DNA of 64,000 nucleotides from Nitrosopumilaceae archaeon (GCA_965207375.1 OZ242274.1:480001-544000), one strand, 5' to 3'; positions 8,331 to 19,286 are shown, counted from the first letter of the stretch. Notes: generated by a model not told the origin, from the letters alone. Numbers and translations are program-made.

Positions 8331-9510
8331 ATCTCATCGCCTCCACAGGCTGAAGTTTGGTGGCTCTGTACGCAGGATATATCGAGGCAATAATTGCAAG
8401 AATAAACGCAGTTAGTGCGGTTTGTATTACTTTTTCCCAGTCATAAGAGACCTCCAATTCAATGCTGCCGTCAAATGACATGTTAGTTTCTTTGGCATAG
8501 GCAGTATATCCTAACCCTATTGCCGTGCCCACACCTGCACCGATTGTGCCTATAATCATGCCTTGGACGATAAACAAAATCAGAATGTCTCTGCGTTTGG
8601 CACCTATTGCACGCATGACTCCGATTTCCCGGGTCTTGCTAGTTACTAGCATCATTTGAATTGTTACAATGGCAAATGCAGAAGACATCATGCCAAACAT
8701 CCCAATCATGTTAATCATTGCAATGCCTGAACGGAATCCCCGTAGGGCCTCCTCTGCTGATTCCTCTATTGTCTCTGCCTTGAAATCATCAGCAGGAAAT
8801 GATTCTAAAAACATATCCCGAATTTGTCCGGCCTTGGTTGGATCGTCAAGTTTTACAAGAACGGAGCCAATTTGGCCGTCCCTGTCCAGCATATCACGCA
8901 ATGTGTCTATGTGAATTATTATGCTGGTGTCTAATCCTTGGCCACCAGGAGAGTTTGAAATTCCAGAAACTAGAAATCTTTCAACCTGATTCACTCCCCA
9001 ACGATCAACAATTTTAATCTGTAAACTGTCACCTACCTGTACGCCTCCAAGATCTCTTGCAACAATTGAGCCTACCACCATCGAGCTTCGTGAGAATACA
9101 TACTGACCGTCATCAACGGTAGAGTGTATAGTAGAAGCTTGAACATCAGTTATAGGGTCTACTCCCACAACCGGAATGCGAAATTCCTCTATCCTTTCTC
9201 CAAACGATGTTGCATTAATTGCAGCAGACGCCGAAAGCCGCGGCGTAGCCGCCTCAACAAAGGGCATTCTTGTAAACCAGTTTATCAAGGTGATATCAGA
9301 TTTATCGATAAAATCCTCCTTGTCAGTTACATAGATATCTCCAAATCTATAGTCAGACATGTCACGTACAATTGCGTCAAAAAGTCCCTGAAATATTACA
9401 AAATTAACATGAATTACCAAAATTCCAATGGATACTGCTAATACTGCGCCCATCAGACTACCTTTTTTATTAAAAAGCATTCGTTTGGCTAAATTTACAC
9501 GATAATCCAT
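8323..9510 (-). CDS. ABC transporter permease (LolC/E, MacB/FtsX family)
   Basis: KTREIGVMRAIGA and YPAYRATKLQPVEAMR motifs; 4 TM. Confidence 0.92.
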   Translation of the reverse strand: MDYRVNLAKRMLFNKKGSLMGAVLAVSIGILVIHVNFVIFQGLFDAIVRDMSDYRFGDIYVTDKEDFIDKSDITLINWFTRMPFVEAATPRLSASAAINATSFGERIEEFRIPVVGVDPITDVQASTIHSTVDDGQYVFSRSSMVVGSIVARDLGGVQVGDSLQIKIVDRWGVNQVERFLVSGISNSPGGQGLDTSIIIHIDTLRDMLDRDGQIGSVLVKLDDPTKAGQIRDMFLESFPADDFKAETIEESAEEALRGFRSGIAMINMIGMFGMMSSAFAIVTIQMMLVTSKTREIGVMRAIGAKRRDILILFIVQGMIIGTIGAGVGTAIGLGYTAYAKETNMSFDGSIELEVSYDWEKVIQTALTAFILAIIASIYPAYRATKLQPVEAMRSV

Positions 9511-9625
9511 GGGATTTCTAGAATAGTCTACTATATAATGTATAATGTACCTAGTGCTAATAAACCAGACAATTTTTTCTATTTCAGTAAATAATTAATA
9601 GTCAATATACGATAAACTTAGCAAA

Positions 9626-10528
9626 ATGGACAAAATAGACATGCAGGTTTTGAGTCATTTAATGAATAATTGTAGAGAATCTGACAGGCAGATTGGTAGA
9701 GAAATTGGAATTTCAGGAAACGCAGTAAATTCACGAATAAAAAAATTGGAAAAATCAGCAGTCATTGAGGGATATACAATCAAGATAGAGCCACCTGCAT
9801 TAGGATATGGTATTTTCTATATTGTAGTAACGGGAATCCAGGTGGATGAAAAATTAGAACAGATCAAATTAATTGGTGATCTGTTTTTCACGGTTCCATG
9901 TGTCGGAGGTATAACCGTTTGTGGCATTGTGGTAAAAGATGATGTACAAAAAAAGATAGAGGTTGCAAAAAATTTGATGAGAGATGTCAGGGTATTGACA
10001 ATCTTTGAGGCAAAGACTGACATTGAAAATTCAAATCTGACAAAGACGGACTTGGAGATTATTGAAAAATTACTGAAAAATCCCAGAAGAAAGATTGAAG
10101 AGGTTGCAACAGAAACTAGATTATCAACTAAAACAATTACAAGATCACTTGAGAAACTGTACAAAAATGAATCGATTCAATTTACAACAATGTATAATCC
10201 CTCAAAATTAGACAACTATATCCCGTATGTGGTACTGACATGGATTAATGGAGACATGAAAAAGATCAAAGAACAGCTAGATGAGCAGTTTGGCGACAGA
10301 TACATGCAGATTCCGTTTTTGACACAGAATCAGATTGTTTTGTTCTTGTATAGCGACAATATTTTCAAAATGGATGAGATCACTCAGAAAATCCGGGAGG
10401 TTGAAGGAGTTGATTTTACAGATATTTTTATTCCCAAAAAGATTACATTTCCAAATGCATGGGTAAAAAATGCAATAAAGGTGGCAAAAAAATCACCCAC
10501 TCTGCACCTGACATATCAAACAAATTAA
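9626..10528 (+). CDS. Lrp/AsnC-family regulator with tandem HTH domains
   Basis: MDKIDMQVL...IGISGNAVNSRIKKL and a second LTKTDLEII HTH. Confidence 0.85.
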   Translation: MDKIDMQVLSHLMNNCRESDRQIGREIGISGNAVNSRIKKLEKSAVIEGYTIKIEPPALGYGIFYIVVTGIQVDEKLEQIKLIGDLFFTVPCVGGITVCGIVVKDDVQKKIEVAKNLMRDVRVLTIFEAKTDIENSNLTKTDLEIIEKLLKNPRRKIEEVATETRLSTKTITRSLEKLYKNESIQFTTMYNPSKLDNYIPYVVLTWINGDMKKIKEQLDEQFGDRYMQIPFLTQNQIVLFLYSDNIFKMDEITQKIREVEGVDFTDIFIPKKITFPNAWVKNAIKVAKKSPTLHLTYQTN

Positions 10529-10553
10529 ATAATAAACATACAGTTTCCCACTA

Positions 10554-11060
10554 GTGAAAAAGACAAAAATCTACAAAGGCAAAATTTTAGGGCTAAATTT
10601 GTATGATGGTATAATTGAGGGGCGAAAAGTAAGGCGAGAGATAATAGAGCATCCTGGTGCTGCTGCCATGCTTGCCTTTGATGAAAATAACAAGCTAATT
10701 TTAGTAAAGCAGCACAGATTCCCCCACGGATATGTCTTGGAGATTCCGGCAGGAACGCTGGAAAAAAACGAGGATCCAAAGGAATGTGCATTTCGAGAGT
10801 TGAGAGAAGAGACAGGCTATACTGCAAAGGAAATGACGCATTTACTGACATTTTACCCTTCAATTGGCTACAACACAGAGGCAATTCACTGCTATGTTGC
10901 CTCGAGTACAGAGAAGACTGGCACATTGCAATTAGATGAGGACGAGATTTTATCAGTTGAAAAAATAGAGCTAAACGAGGTGATACAGATGATTCGTTGT
11001 GGAAAAATTCAGGATGCAAAGACAATTTGTGCCGTAATGACCTTTGTATCAAATCACTAA
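10554..11060 (+). CDS. NUDIX hydrolase (ADP-ribose pyrophosphatase-like)
   Basis: LEIPAG and Nudix box G-x5-E-x7-RELREETG; LDEDE. Confidence 0.92.
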   Translation: MKKTKIYKGKILGLNLYDGIIEGRKVRREIIEHPGAAAMLAFDENNKLILVKQHRFPHGYVLEIPAGTLEKNEDPKECAFRELREETGYTAKEMTHLLTFYPSIGYNTEAIHCYVASSTEKTGTLQLDEDEILSVEKIELNEVIQMIRCGKIQDAKTICAVMTFVSNH

Positions 11061-12040
11061 GATTCTGCATAGATTGGTTTTACCAAATCTACAATGTCCT
11101 CCCAGCATTTGCCTACGCGCTCAAACATGTAGATCAAATCTAAAAAGCTAATTGACAGTTCTTTTTTATTTTTAATAGATGTGCGCATCTGAGACAAAGA
11201 GTACCTGTACTGTTTATGCAGTGAAATGGCCTCAATGGCTAGCAGTCTGTCATGGTTTACAAAAGAATCAATTGACTTTGCTGATATGTCTTCAAAGTTT
11301 TTTACCGCATTGTATAATTTTTTGAGTTCCTTGGGAGAGTTTACGTTATTATATATGGCATCGCCAAGTTCTACAATGGTGTCACCGCCGTTTTCTAGCA
11401 AATTGGCAGCAATTCTATAATCTAAGATATCTATATTTTCTAAATTAAACATGTTGGCAAGCTTGGTGTCAACAAAGGTACTGCGAATTAGTCGAACTAG
11501 AAGAAAGTATTGTCTATTTACTTCTAGGTCACGATTCTGTAGTGTTTTAAGATTGGATTTATCATCAGATATTAAACTTGTCAAGACGTCACTGAACATG
11601 CCAAGTGCAATTGAACTGATTCTTTTTAGAATTTTGTCCGGGCTGATGGTTCCGGCATCCAACAAAAATTGCATTTGAATATTTGATGCATCTTCTTCGA
11701 TAATCTCCATGCCGACTAGGCGTCTCATTGAACCTCGCACCTTTTCTCGATCCTCACTTGGAATTGTTTTCTCGGATTTTATTGTAATGGCATCATAGCC
11801 TAAAAGATATCCACCCAGAATATCGGCAACAATGTTTTCCTCAGTTGGCAACGGATAGGATATGACTAGTTGTTTTGTGGGCCTGTATTGTTTAGGGGCA
11901 GAAATTGAAATGCTACTGTGACCTGTTTCAATCTCTACCTGGCTGCCTTTTTTCAGATTATTTGCATCAACCCATTCTTTGGGCAAAGATACCAAAATGC
12001 TGCTGCCAATCCTTTGCAGGCGTCTAACAAATTTAGTCAA
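11057..12040 (-). CDS. AbrB-PhoU phosphate uptake regulator
   Basis: N-terminal RRLQ..GSS..VSLPKEW AbrB domain followed by PhoU repeats. Confidence 0.88.
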   Translation of the reverse strand: MTKFVRRLQRIGSSILVSLPKEWVDANNLKKGSQVEIETGHSSISISAPKQYRPTKQLVISYPLPTEENIVADILGGYLLGYDAITIKSEKTIPSEDREKVRGSMRRLVGMEIIEEDASNIQMQFLLDAGTISPDKILKRISSIALGMFSDVLTSLISDDKSNLKTLQNRDLEVNRQYFLLVRLIRSTFVDTKLANMFNLENIDILDYRIAANLLENGGDTIVELGDAIYNNVNSPKELKKLYNAVKNFEDISAKSIDSFVNHDRLLAIEAISLHKQYRYSLSQMRTSIKNKKELSISFLDLIYMFERVGKCWEDIVDLVKPIYAES

Positions 12041-12104
12041 TTTATACTAGTTTAATTAATTTAAGCCATATTCTTATATTTTTTGTAAAATTTAAACTTA
12101 GATC

Positions 12105-12998
12105 ATGAGAGGTCAAGCATTTTGTCCTGCACATGTAACTGGTTTTTTCAAGGCAGAACTAGAGAACCAGAGCCTTGATGGTGCAGGCTCTCTTGGGGCA
12201 GGATTTTCAATTAAAGACGGCGTTACTACTTTAGTACGGGTTTTAGAGAGGGCTGACGCGCTATACAAAATATCAACAAAAGGATATCAGACAGATGATA
12301 CCAGAGTATCAGAATTTGTAATAAAACAATTCCTAAATCTGGGAGATTACAAAAACTATTGTTTTGATATCAAACATGAAATAGCAGTACCTGTAGGCTT
12401 TGGCCTAGGTTGTAGTGGAGCAGTAGCACTCTCATTGGCATATGCACTTGACCAAGCACTAGGTACGCAGCTAAAACGAAACGATATAGGAAGAATAGCA
12501 CACATTGCAGAGGTCTCATGCAAAACAGGATTAGGGGATGTCTTGGCATCATATCACGGAGGCTTTGAAATCAGGACGCTTGCAGGAGCACCCGGAATAG
12601 GCAAGGTGGAAAAAATCAAAACAGATGGATTATCTGTTATAATGATTTGTTTTGCTCCTATTTCGACTATGAACTTTCTCAGAGACAGACTGTCTGAAAT
12701 TAACGGATTGGGTGGAAGGATGGTTGAGAAATTAAAAGAGACTAAAAGCTGGGAACAGTTTCTGGACATGTCCCTAGAATTTGCTGATTACGTCAAGGTC
12801 ATGACTCCAAGAATGCAAAGGGTAGTTGATGATTTGCGATACAATGGAATAAAATGTGGAATTGCATTATTTGGTGAGACGGTTTTTTCTTTGGTGTATA
12901 ATGAAAAGTTACAAGAGGCACTAGACATTGTGTCAAAGTATCAGGATGCAATTATAATTAATTCAGAAATTGATCAGCGGGGCGCAAGAATAATCTAA
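12105..12998 (+). CDS. Pantoate kinase (GHMP family)
   Basis: AFCPAHVTGFF, PVGFGLGCSG, TGLGDV; first gene of the CoA cluster. Confidence 0.9.
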   Translation: MRGQAFCPAHVTGFFKAELENQSLDGAGSLGAGFSIKDGVTTLVRVLERADALYKISTKGYQTDDTRVSEFVIKQFLNLGDYKNYCFDIKHEIAVPVGFGLGCSGAVALSLAYALDQALGTQLKRNDIGRIAHIAEVSCKTGLGDVLASYHGGFEIRTLAGAPGIGKVEKIKTDGLSVIMICFAPISTMNFLRDRLSEINGLGGRMVEKLKETKSWEQFLDMSLEFADYVKVMTPRMQRVVDDLRYNGIKCGIALFGETVFSLVYNEKLQEALDIVSKYQDAIIINSEIDQRGARII

Positions 12999-13003
12999 AA
13001 GCG

Positions 13004-13768
13004 ATGGCAAAAATTCCAAAGTCACATCCACGTGCAGAATCATTATACATAAGAGAAAAATTAGTTGCAGGATTTGAGAGGGGTCTAGTGGCCAAGGAGG
13101 GATTATTGGCACACGGTAGAGGCGAGGCATTTGACTATCTTATGGGCGAAAAGACTACAAGACAGGCAAAATCTGCCATAAGGGCAGCAGCTGCACAATT
13201 ACTGCTTGCAAAAAATCCGGTTATTTCAGTCAATGGAAACTTTGCTGCATTGTGTCCAAAAGAAATTGTTTGCTTGTCTGAAATTGCTAATGCAAAGATC
13301 GAAGTAAATATCTTCTATGCCAACGGTACCCGCAAACAAAAAATCATCGCAGAACTGCAAAAAAATTATACCAAACAGGTTTTGGGCAACAGAAAAAAAC
13401 ATACTGTAAAATTGTCAGGATTTGATTCTGCAAGAAGAGAGGTAGATGTAGATGGAATTTATTCTGCCGACGTTGTACTAGTGCCGCTAGAAGATGGAGA
13501 TAGAACCGAGGCCCTTATCAAACATGGTACGGCAGTGGTGACATTTGACTTGAATCCACTGTCAAGAACCGCACAAAAAGCCACAATTACAATTGTCGAC
13601 AATGTTGTGCGCGGAATAATCCTGCTAGAAAAGCAGCTAGAAAAACTATCAAAATATTCAGAAAATCAGCTACAAAAGATAGTAAATAACTTTGACAATA
13701 AGAAAAACCTTGCCACATGCATTAATGAAATAAAAAATAACCTTGCAAGGAGGGCAAAAATTGCATAA
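13004..13768 (+). CDS. 4-phosphopantoate--beta-alanine ligase (phosphopantothenate synthetase)
   Basis: IPKSHPR, AHGRGEAFDYL, VPLEDGDR, DLNPLSRT motifs. Confidence 0.93.
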   Translation: MAKIPKSHPRAESLYIREKLVAGFERGLVAKEGLLAHGRGEAFDYLMGEKTTRQAKSAIRAAAAQLLLAKNPVISVNGNFAALCPKEIVCLSEIANAKIEVNIFYANGTRKQKIIAELQKNYTKQVLGNRKKHTVKLSGFDSARREVDVDGIYSADVVLVPLEDGDRTEALIKHGTAVVTFDLNPLSRTAQKATITIVDNVVRGIILLEKQLEKLSKYSENQLQKIVNNFDNKKNLATCINEIKNNLARRAKIA

Positions 13769-14600
13769 AACGGTAAAGGACATAATTGAAATGAAAAGGC
13801 AAAAGGAGAAAATTTCTGTAATTACTGCATATGACTATACAATGGCCACGCTGTGTGACAGGGCAGATGTAGACATTATGCTAGTAGGAGACAGTGCAGG
13901 CATGGTGGTCTTGGGTTATGACAGCACGATACCTGTCACCATACAGCACATGTGTTTTTTTACCAATGCAGTAAGCCGAGCTAGAAAGAGTGCGCTCATA
14001 GTAGCGGATCTTCCGTTTATGTCTTATCAGGCAAGTGTTTCAGATGCAATAAGGAATTCAGGAAAGCTGATAAAGGCAGGAGCAGATGCTGTAAAGCTTG
14101 AAGGCGGTACAGAGATGGCTCAAACAATTAATGCCATAATACAGGTAGGAATTCCCGTCATGGGCCACATCGGATTGCAGCCTCAGACTACAATGCTCTC
14201 AGATGGCTATAAGGTACAGGGAAAAACTGTAGAATCTGCACAAAAATTGATTGCAGATGCAATATCTTTAGAAAAGGCAGGCGTCTTTAGTATTACACTA
14301 GAAATGGTAAGTCATCAGGTGGCAGAGATAATTTCAAATACAGTATCTGTCCCAACAATTGGAATTGGTTCAGGGGCAGATTGCGACGGTCAGGTTCTAG
14401 TTGCACATGATCTGTTGGGCATGTATGACAAAATTAATCCAAAGTTTGTAAAAAAATACGATACACTTTCGCAAAGCATCACAAATTCTGTAAAAAATTA
14501 TGTAAATGACATTAAATCAAAGAGGTTTCCAAGTGAGGAAAATTGCTTTGCAATGGATGCAGAAACGCTGAGAGAGTTAAATGAAAAGTTACAAAAATGA
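13761..14600 (+). CDS. panB: 3-methyl-2-oxobutanoate hydroxymethyltransferase
   Basis: TAYD, LVGDS, AVKLEGG, GHIGL, IGIGSG; TTG start after an AGGAGG SD. Confidence 0.95.
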   Translation: MHKTVKDIIEMKRQKEKISVITAYDYTMATLCDRADVDIMLVGDSAGMVVLGYDSTIPVTIQHMCFFTNAVSRARKSALIVADLPFMSYQASVSDAIRNSGKLIKAGADAVKLEGGTEMAQTINAIIQVGIPVMGHIGLQPQTTMLSDGYKVQGKTVESAQKLIADAISLEKAGVFSITLEMVSHQVAEIISNTVSVPTIGIGSGADCDGQVLVAHDLLGMYDKINPKFVKKYDTLSQSITNSVKNYVNDIKSKRFPSEENCFAMDAETLRELNEKLQK

Positions 14601-15819
14601 TCATCCTTCATTGGATATTGTAGAAACAGACGGCGCAGAGCTTGCAGGCAAAAAAGTTGTCCTGTGTGTGGCAGGAAGTGTTGCAGCATACAAGGCAATT
14701 GAATTGGCGCGCCTGTTAATGAGACATGGCGCATCGGTGACGTGTGTTGCAAGTAACGCAGTTACAAAACTAATCCGGCCAGACTATTTCAGGTGGGCAA
14801 CCGGAAACAAGGTAATTACAAAATTGACCGGAGATCTAGAACACATAAAGCTAGCAGATTACAAACGGTCAGACATGATTATAGTGTATCCGGCAACTGC
14901 CAATACATTGGGAAAGCTGGCAAATGGCATTGATGATACGCCAATTTCGACCGTATTGACTGTAGGATTTGGATCAAAGATTCCCATTGTTTTGTCGCTA
15001 GCAATGCACAAAGCAATGTATGAAAACCCCTCAGTCAAAAAAAATATCGCATTTTTAAAAAATAAAATTGATTTTATTGCACCGCAGATAACTGAATCAA
15101 AGGCAAAGGCTGCCGAACCCGGATTTATTTTGCAACATGTGTTAAGAAAATTTGGAATCTCATCAAAGCTTTACAAAAAAAGGGTTTTGATTGCGGTAGG
15201 GCCCACCGTAGAGTATATAGATCCAGTCAGGGTAATTACGAATCTCAGCAGTGGTAAAACAGGCGTGCTTTTGGCCTCGGAAATGATTGCATCAGGGGCA
15301 AGTGTAACTATAGTATATGGTGCAGGAATCCATGTGCCTCCAAATGGTGCTAAAATTATACATGTTAGTACCACACAGGAGATGGCATCAGCAATAAAAA
15401 AAGAGCTTTTAAAAAAATATGACATTGTAATTATGGCAGCAGCTGTTGCAGATTATACGCCTGCAAAGCCGTCAAAGACTAAGATCAAAAGTAGCAAAAA
15501 AGAGATAACAATCAGATTAGAGCAGGTTCCAAAGATTCTTGACCAAATAAGGCAACAGCAAAAAGGCGTATTTCTGGTCGGATTCAAGGCAGAAACTGGT
15601 ATATCAAAAAGAGAGTTGCACAAACGGGGTAGACGCAGACTAGAAGAGGCTGGTGCAGATATGATTATAGCAAATGACATAGCAAGTCCAAAGTACAAAA
15701 AGAATCCAGACTATAACGATGTGCTAATTGTGGATAGAAAAAAGGCAAAATCAACAGGATGGCACAAAAAGGAAAAAATTGCAGGCATTATCAGAAAAGA
15801 GATTGAAAGACGAATCTAG
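14581..15819 (+). CDS. coaBC: Phosphopantothenoylcysteine decarboxylase/ligase
   Basis: GSVAAYK, PATANT, IDPVRVITNLSSG, AAAVADY, VGFKAE. Confidence 0.95.
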   Translation: MKSYKNDHPSLDIVETDGAELAGKKVVLCVAGSVAAYKAIELARLLMRHGASVTCVASNAVTKLIRPDYFRWATGNKVITKLTGDLEHIKLADYKRSDMIIVYPATANTLGKLANGIDDTPISTVLTVGFGSKIPIVLSLAMHKAMYENPSVKKNIAFLKNKIDFIAPQITESKAKAAEPGFILQHVLRKFGISSKLYKKRVLIAVGPTVEYIDPVRVITNLSSGKTGVLLASEMIASGASVTIVYGAGIHVPPNGAKIIHVSTTQEMASAIKKELLKKYDIVIMAAAVADYTPAKPSKTKIKSSKKEITIRLEQVPKILDQIRQQQKGVFLVGFKAETGISKRELHKRGRRRLEEAGADMIIANDIASPKYKKNPDYNDVLIVDRKKAKSTGWHKKEKIAGIIRKEIERRI

Positions 15820-15821
15820 AA

Positions 15822-16661
15822 ATGTCAAGTAATGTAAAATACAAAAAGGAAAACATCAAGATTTGGAATGAGCTTGCGCCAAGATATCATAAGAGGTGGG
15901 CTAGCCTAAATAGTGGGCCGTGGAAAAGTACCGAAAAACTGGTGGAATTGGCAGGAATTAAAAGAGGAGACTGCGTCTTGGACCTTGCCTGTGGTACAGG
16001 AGTCGTGACCAAAAAGATTGCAAGCAAGGTTGGAGGTAGGGGCAAAGTGATAGGTGTTGACACCTCACTGAATGCCATAAAAATAGCTAAAAGGTGGAAT
16101 GCGGCAAGACCCAACTTGGATTTTGTAAACTGTGATGCAGAAAAATTTTATCTGCACGAAAAATTTGATGCAGTAACGTGCCAATATGCATTATTTTTCT
16201 TTCCAGACTCTGTAAAGGCGTTAAAAAATGCAGTCAAAATTCTAAAAAAATCTGGAATACTGGCAATATCAGTACATGGAAACAATACGCCGTATTATTC
16301 AAGTATAATAGATGTTGTAACTGAATTTATTCCAGACTATCTTCCTACCGGTTCTGCAAGACTAGACAGGTTTGGATGCGCACCTGCATTAAAAAAAGAA
16401 ATTCGGGCGGGTGGATTTACAAATGTGTCTGTCAAGGAATTTGTTTTTTCATACAGTCCCGGAACATTTGAGCAGTATTGGGGAAATTACCGCAGATATG
16501 TGGCAAAGTCCATCAGAGAAAAATTAAACAGCCTAAGCAGGGTAAAACAGCTAGAGATTAAAAGACAGGTAAAACAAAAGACTGTTCCATTTACAGGGAA
16601 AAATGGCAGAATCATATTCCCATGGCAAGTTTTAATTTCAACTGCGACACCACACAGATAG
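15822..16661 (+). CDS. Class I SAM-dependent methyltransferase (UbiE-like)
   Basis: VLDLACGTG motif I. Confidence 0.85.
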   Translation: MSSNVKYKKENIKIWNELAPRYHKRWASLNSGPWKSTEKLVELAGIKRGDCVLDLACGTGVVTKKIASKVGGRGKVIGVDTSLNAIKIAKRWNAARPNLDFVNCDAEKFYLHEKFDAVTCQYALFFFPDSVKALKNAVKILKKSGILAISVHGNNTPYYSSIIDVVTEFIPDYLPTGSARLDRFGCAPALKKEIRAGGFTNVSVKEFVFSYSPGTFEQYWGNYRRYVAKSIREKLNSLSRVKQLEIKRQVKQKTVPFTGKNGRIIFPWQVLISTATPHR

Positions 16662-16668
16662 AGACGCA

Positions 16669-17142
16669 ATGAGCAAAGATAGTACTGAAAAACCCAAAAA
16701 AAACAGTTTTTCTAACTTTTTAAAAAAAAGGGCCCCAATTTACCTAGGTTTGACAGGATTATTTGTGATATTTGCAGTTCCAGGACTAACTAGTACAAGT
16801 CTTGAAAGTCTTTTTCCCGAATTAACAGAAGATGAAAAACAAATTCTAGATACTATAATGGAATACAATGGTCCAGACGGTGACGGATTTACAATTTTGC
16901 AGGCAATAGATGAGGACATAAAAGAAGAGTTTGAGGATGACAGAATTTACAGTGACCGGTTAGCTCAAGTTGCAATAGATATTACAACGGACCATGACAC
17001 AAAACACATCATGGCATTTACATTTGCTGCAGATCAAAAGGAGGTACAGTATGTGTGGGGCGTAGATGTTCAAACCGGCCAAATTGAAGGTCAAAATGAC
17101 AATGCAAAAAACATGGTCAATTTGGTGGATTTTTACGACTAG
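16669..17142 (+). CDS. Hypothetical membrane-anchored protein
   Basis: N-terminal TM then acidic domain; continues the operon. Confidence 0.7.
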   Translation: MSKDSTEKPKKNSFSNFLKKRAPIYLGLTGLFVIFAVPGLTSTSLESLFPELTEDEKQILDTIMEYNGPDGDGFTILQAIDEDIKEEFEDDRIYSDRLAQVAIDITTDHDTKHIMAFTFAADQKEVQYVWGVDVQTGQIEGQNDNAKNMVNLVDFYD

Positions 17143-18203
17143 AGTGAAATCAGATCCTTGGTAAATCTGTGCAGTACAGCAGGTCTGTCTTTTACTATAA
17201 GTGAGTCCTCGATTCTTATGCCGAATTTGTTTGGCACATATATTCCGGGCTCTACTGTAATTGCCATGTTTTTCTGCAATTTGTTTTTGCTAGTATACGA
17301 TACGGCAGGCGGCTCGTGTACCTCCAAGCCGATGCCGTGGCCGGTTGAATGAATAAAGTATCTACCGAAATTTTGTTTGACAATGTAGCTTCTACAGGCC
17401 AAATCAACGATACTACAATCTATATTTGGCTTTACAGATTTTAATCCGAGTCTTTGGGATTCTTTGACGGTGTCGTATGCGTCTTTTGCCTGCTGTTTAA
17501 TCTGCCCTATTGCAAATGTACGAGTTGCATCTGAAACGTATCCCTTGTAACGTAGAGTGAGATCGACTGTTATTAATTCGCCTGCTTTGAATTTTCGAGT
17601 TGAGACCTGTGCGTGTGGTAGTGCGCCGTTGGGCCCGCTTGCAATAATTAACGGATTAAGAGTTGATTTGTAACCAGTATCAAACATTTGTTGCTGTATG
17701 GCATACGACATTAATATTGCCTGTAGTTCAGCTTCGCGCATGCCTGTGCGGATTTTCTTTGTACACAGCTCAAACATCTCGTCTATTATTTTTGATGCTT
17801 TTTTGAGAATTTTGATCTCCATTTCATCTTTGATCATGCGCGCATTGTAAAACGGTTGGGTAGTTGCCTTAATTTTGGGAACCGATTTTTTCATAAAGGC
17901 AAGCCTTTGATAGTCCTGGCAGTCGGTGCAGGCCTTTTTGTTTTTAATTTTATCTACAAGCGAGGAGAGCAGCGAGGTGCCTCGTTCTGAAGAAATTACA
18001 TCACAGTTTTCAGACTCAGTTTTTGCTCGTGCTGCCTCTAGCTGGGGGGCAATAATTGTGGTTTTTGTGCCTGACTCTAGTATTCCGATTGCCTCTCCCC
18101 AAAAACCGGTCATGTAAAAGAGATTTTCAGGTTCAAATGATATCAGTGTGTCACAGTTGATTTTTTGCGCATGTTTTAGCAGATCTTGCCTTCGCTGTTT
18201 CAC
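17139..18203 (-). CDS. Xaa-Pro aminopeptidase/prolidase (M24)
   Basis: GYVSDATRT, HSTGHGIGLEVHE, TVEPGIY, GIRIED. Confidence 0.93.
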   Translation of the reverse strand: MKQRRQDLLKHAQKINCDTLISFEPENLFYMTGFWGEAIGILESGTKTTIIAPQLEAARAKTESENCDVISSERGTSLLSSLVDKIKNKKACTDCQDYQRLAFMKKSVPKIKATTQPFYNARMIKDEMEIKILKKASKIIDEMFELCTKKIRTGMREAELQAILMSYAIQQQMFDTGYKSTLNPLIIASGPNGALPHAQVSTRKFKAGELITVDLTLRYKGYVSDATRTFAIGQIKQQAKDAYDTVKESQRLGLKSVKPNIDCSIVDLACRSYIVKQNFGRYFIHSTGHGIGLEVHEPPAVSYTSKNKLQKNMAITVEPGIYVPNKFGIRIEDSLIVKDRPAVLHRFTKDLISL

Positions 18204-18257
18204 ATCCTAGTATAGGCATTTTTGTTAATTTATGTATGATGTAAAGTTTGTATATCC

Positions 18258-19286
18258 GTGCAAAATCACGATAATATTGTGACTGAGCCAAAGAAGGTAG
18301 TAGCACTGTTATCAGGAGGATTAGACAGCCAGCTTGCAGTACGGATGATGCAAAAGCAGGGATTTGATGTTTCAGCAGTTGCGATCAAAACACCGTTTTG
18401 TGATTTTGATTGCGGCAGGGGATGCGGTTTTGAAATTAGAGAAAGGGCAGACGACCTTGGTGTAAAGCTCAAGACAGTTTATCTAGGTGATGAGTATATT
18501 GAGATGTTAAAGGATCCAAAATACGGACGTGGTGCAGGATTCAATCCGTGTATAGACTGTAGATCCATGATGTTTGATGCGGCAAAAAAACACATGGAGG
18601 AGATTGGCGCAGAATTTGTAATATCAGGCGAGGTCCTAGGCCAAAGACCGATGAGTCAGCACGGACCTGCACTGCACACAATTGAAAAGGAATCAAATTT
18701 GAAAGGAAAGATAGTAAGACCGTTATCTGGTGCACTGTTGCCTGCATCTGATGCAGAAAAGCAGGGCCTGATAAAAAGAGAAAATCTTGGCATGATAAGG
18801 GGCCGCTCTAGACAAATGCAGTTAGAGATGGCAAAGCAATACGGAATTGAAGATCCTCCAAATGCAGGAGGCGGATGCCTGCTTACTGATCCATCCTTTG
18901 GACTGCGGGCAAAAGATCTTTTCAAACATACTCAGACACCTACCATAAATGACATTGATCTGTTAAAGGTTGGAAGGCAGTTTAGGTTTGATGAATTTTG
19001 CAAAATAGTCATTGGACGGGATCAAAATGAAAACATGATTATCAGATCACTTTGCATGCAGCAGGATATTTTACTAGAGGCCCGCGATCATATGGGACCT
19101 ACATCTATAATCAGAGGAGCAGTTTCAGATGACAAGCTGAAACTTGGAGCAGCTATGACACTGAGATATTCAGATGCACCAAAGGAGACAGAGTCAGTTG
19201 TAACAGTTGAGAGAAATGGAAAAAAATCAGAGATTTCTGTCAGACCGGTAGAAGAGTCGTCATATCTTTCATTGAGAATTTACTAG
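18258..19286 (+). CDS. PP-loop tRNA thiouridylase-like protein (ThiI/MnmA family)
   Basis: LLSGGLDS, NPCIDC, GEVLGQRPMSQ, GGCLLT. Confidence 0.8.
   Translation: MQNHDNIVTEPKKVVALLSGGLDSQLAVRMMQKQGFDVSAVAIKTPFCDFDCGRGCGFEIRERADDLGVKLKTVYLGDEYIEMLKDPKYGRGAGFNPCIDCRSMMFDAAKKHMEEIGAEFVISGEVLGQRPMSQHGPALHTIEKESNLKGKIVRPLSGALLPASDAEKQGLIKRENLGMIRGRSRQMQLEMAKQYGIEDPPNAGGGCLLTDPSFGLRAKDLFKHTQTPTINDIDLLKVGRQFRFDEFCKIVIGRDQNENMIIRSLCMQQDILLEARDHMGPTSIIRGAVSDDKLKLGAAMTLRYSDAPKETESVVTVERNGKKSEISVRPVEESSYLSLRIY

Noticed and set aside
12105-15819. PoK-PPS-panB-coaBC cluster as a novel pathway
   Set aside because: This is the established archaeal CoA biosynthesis route.
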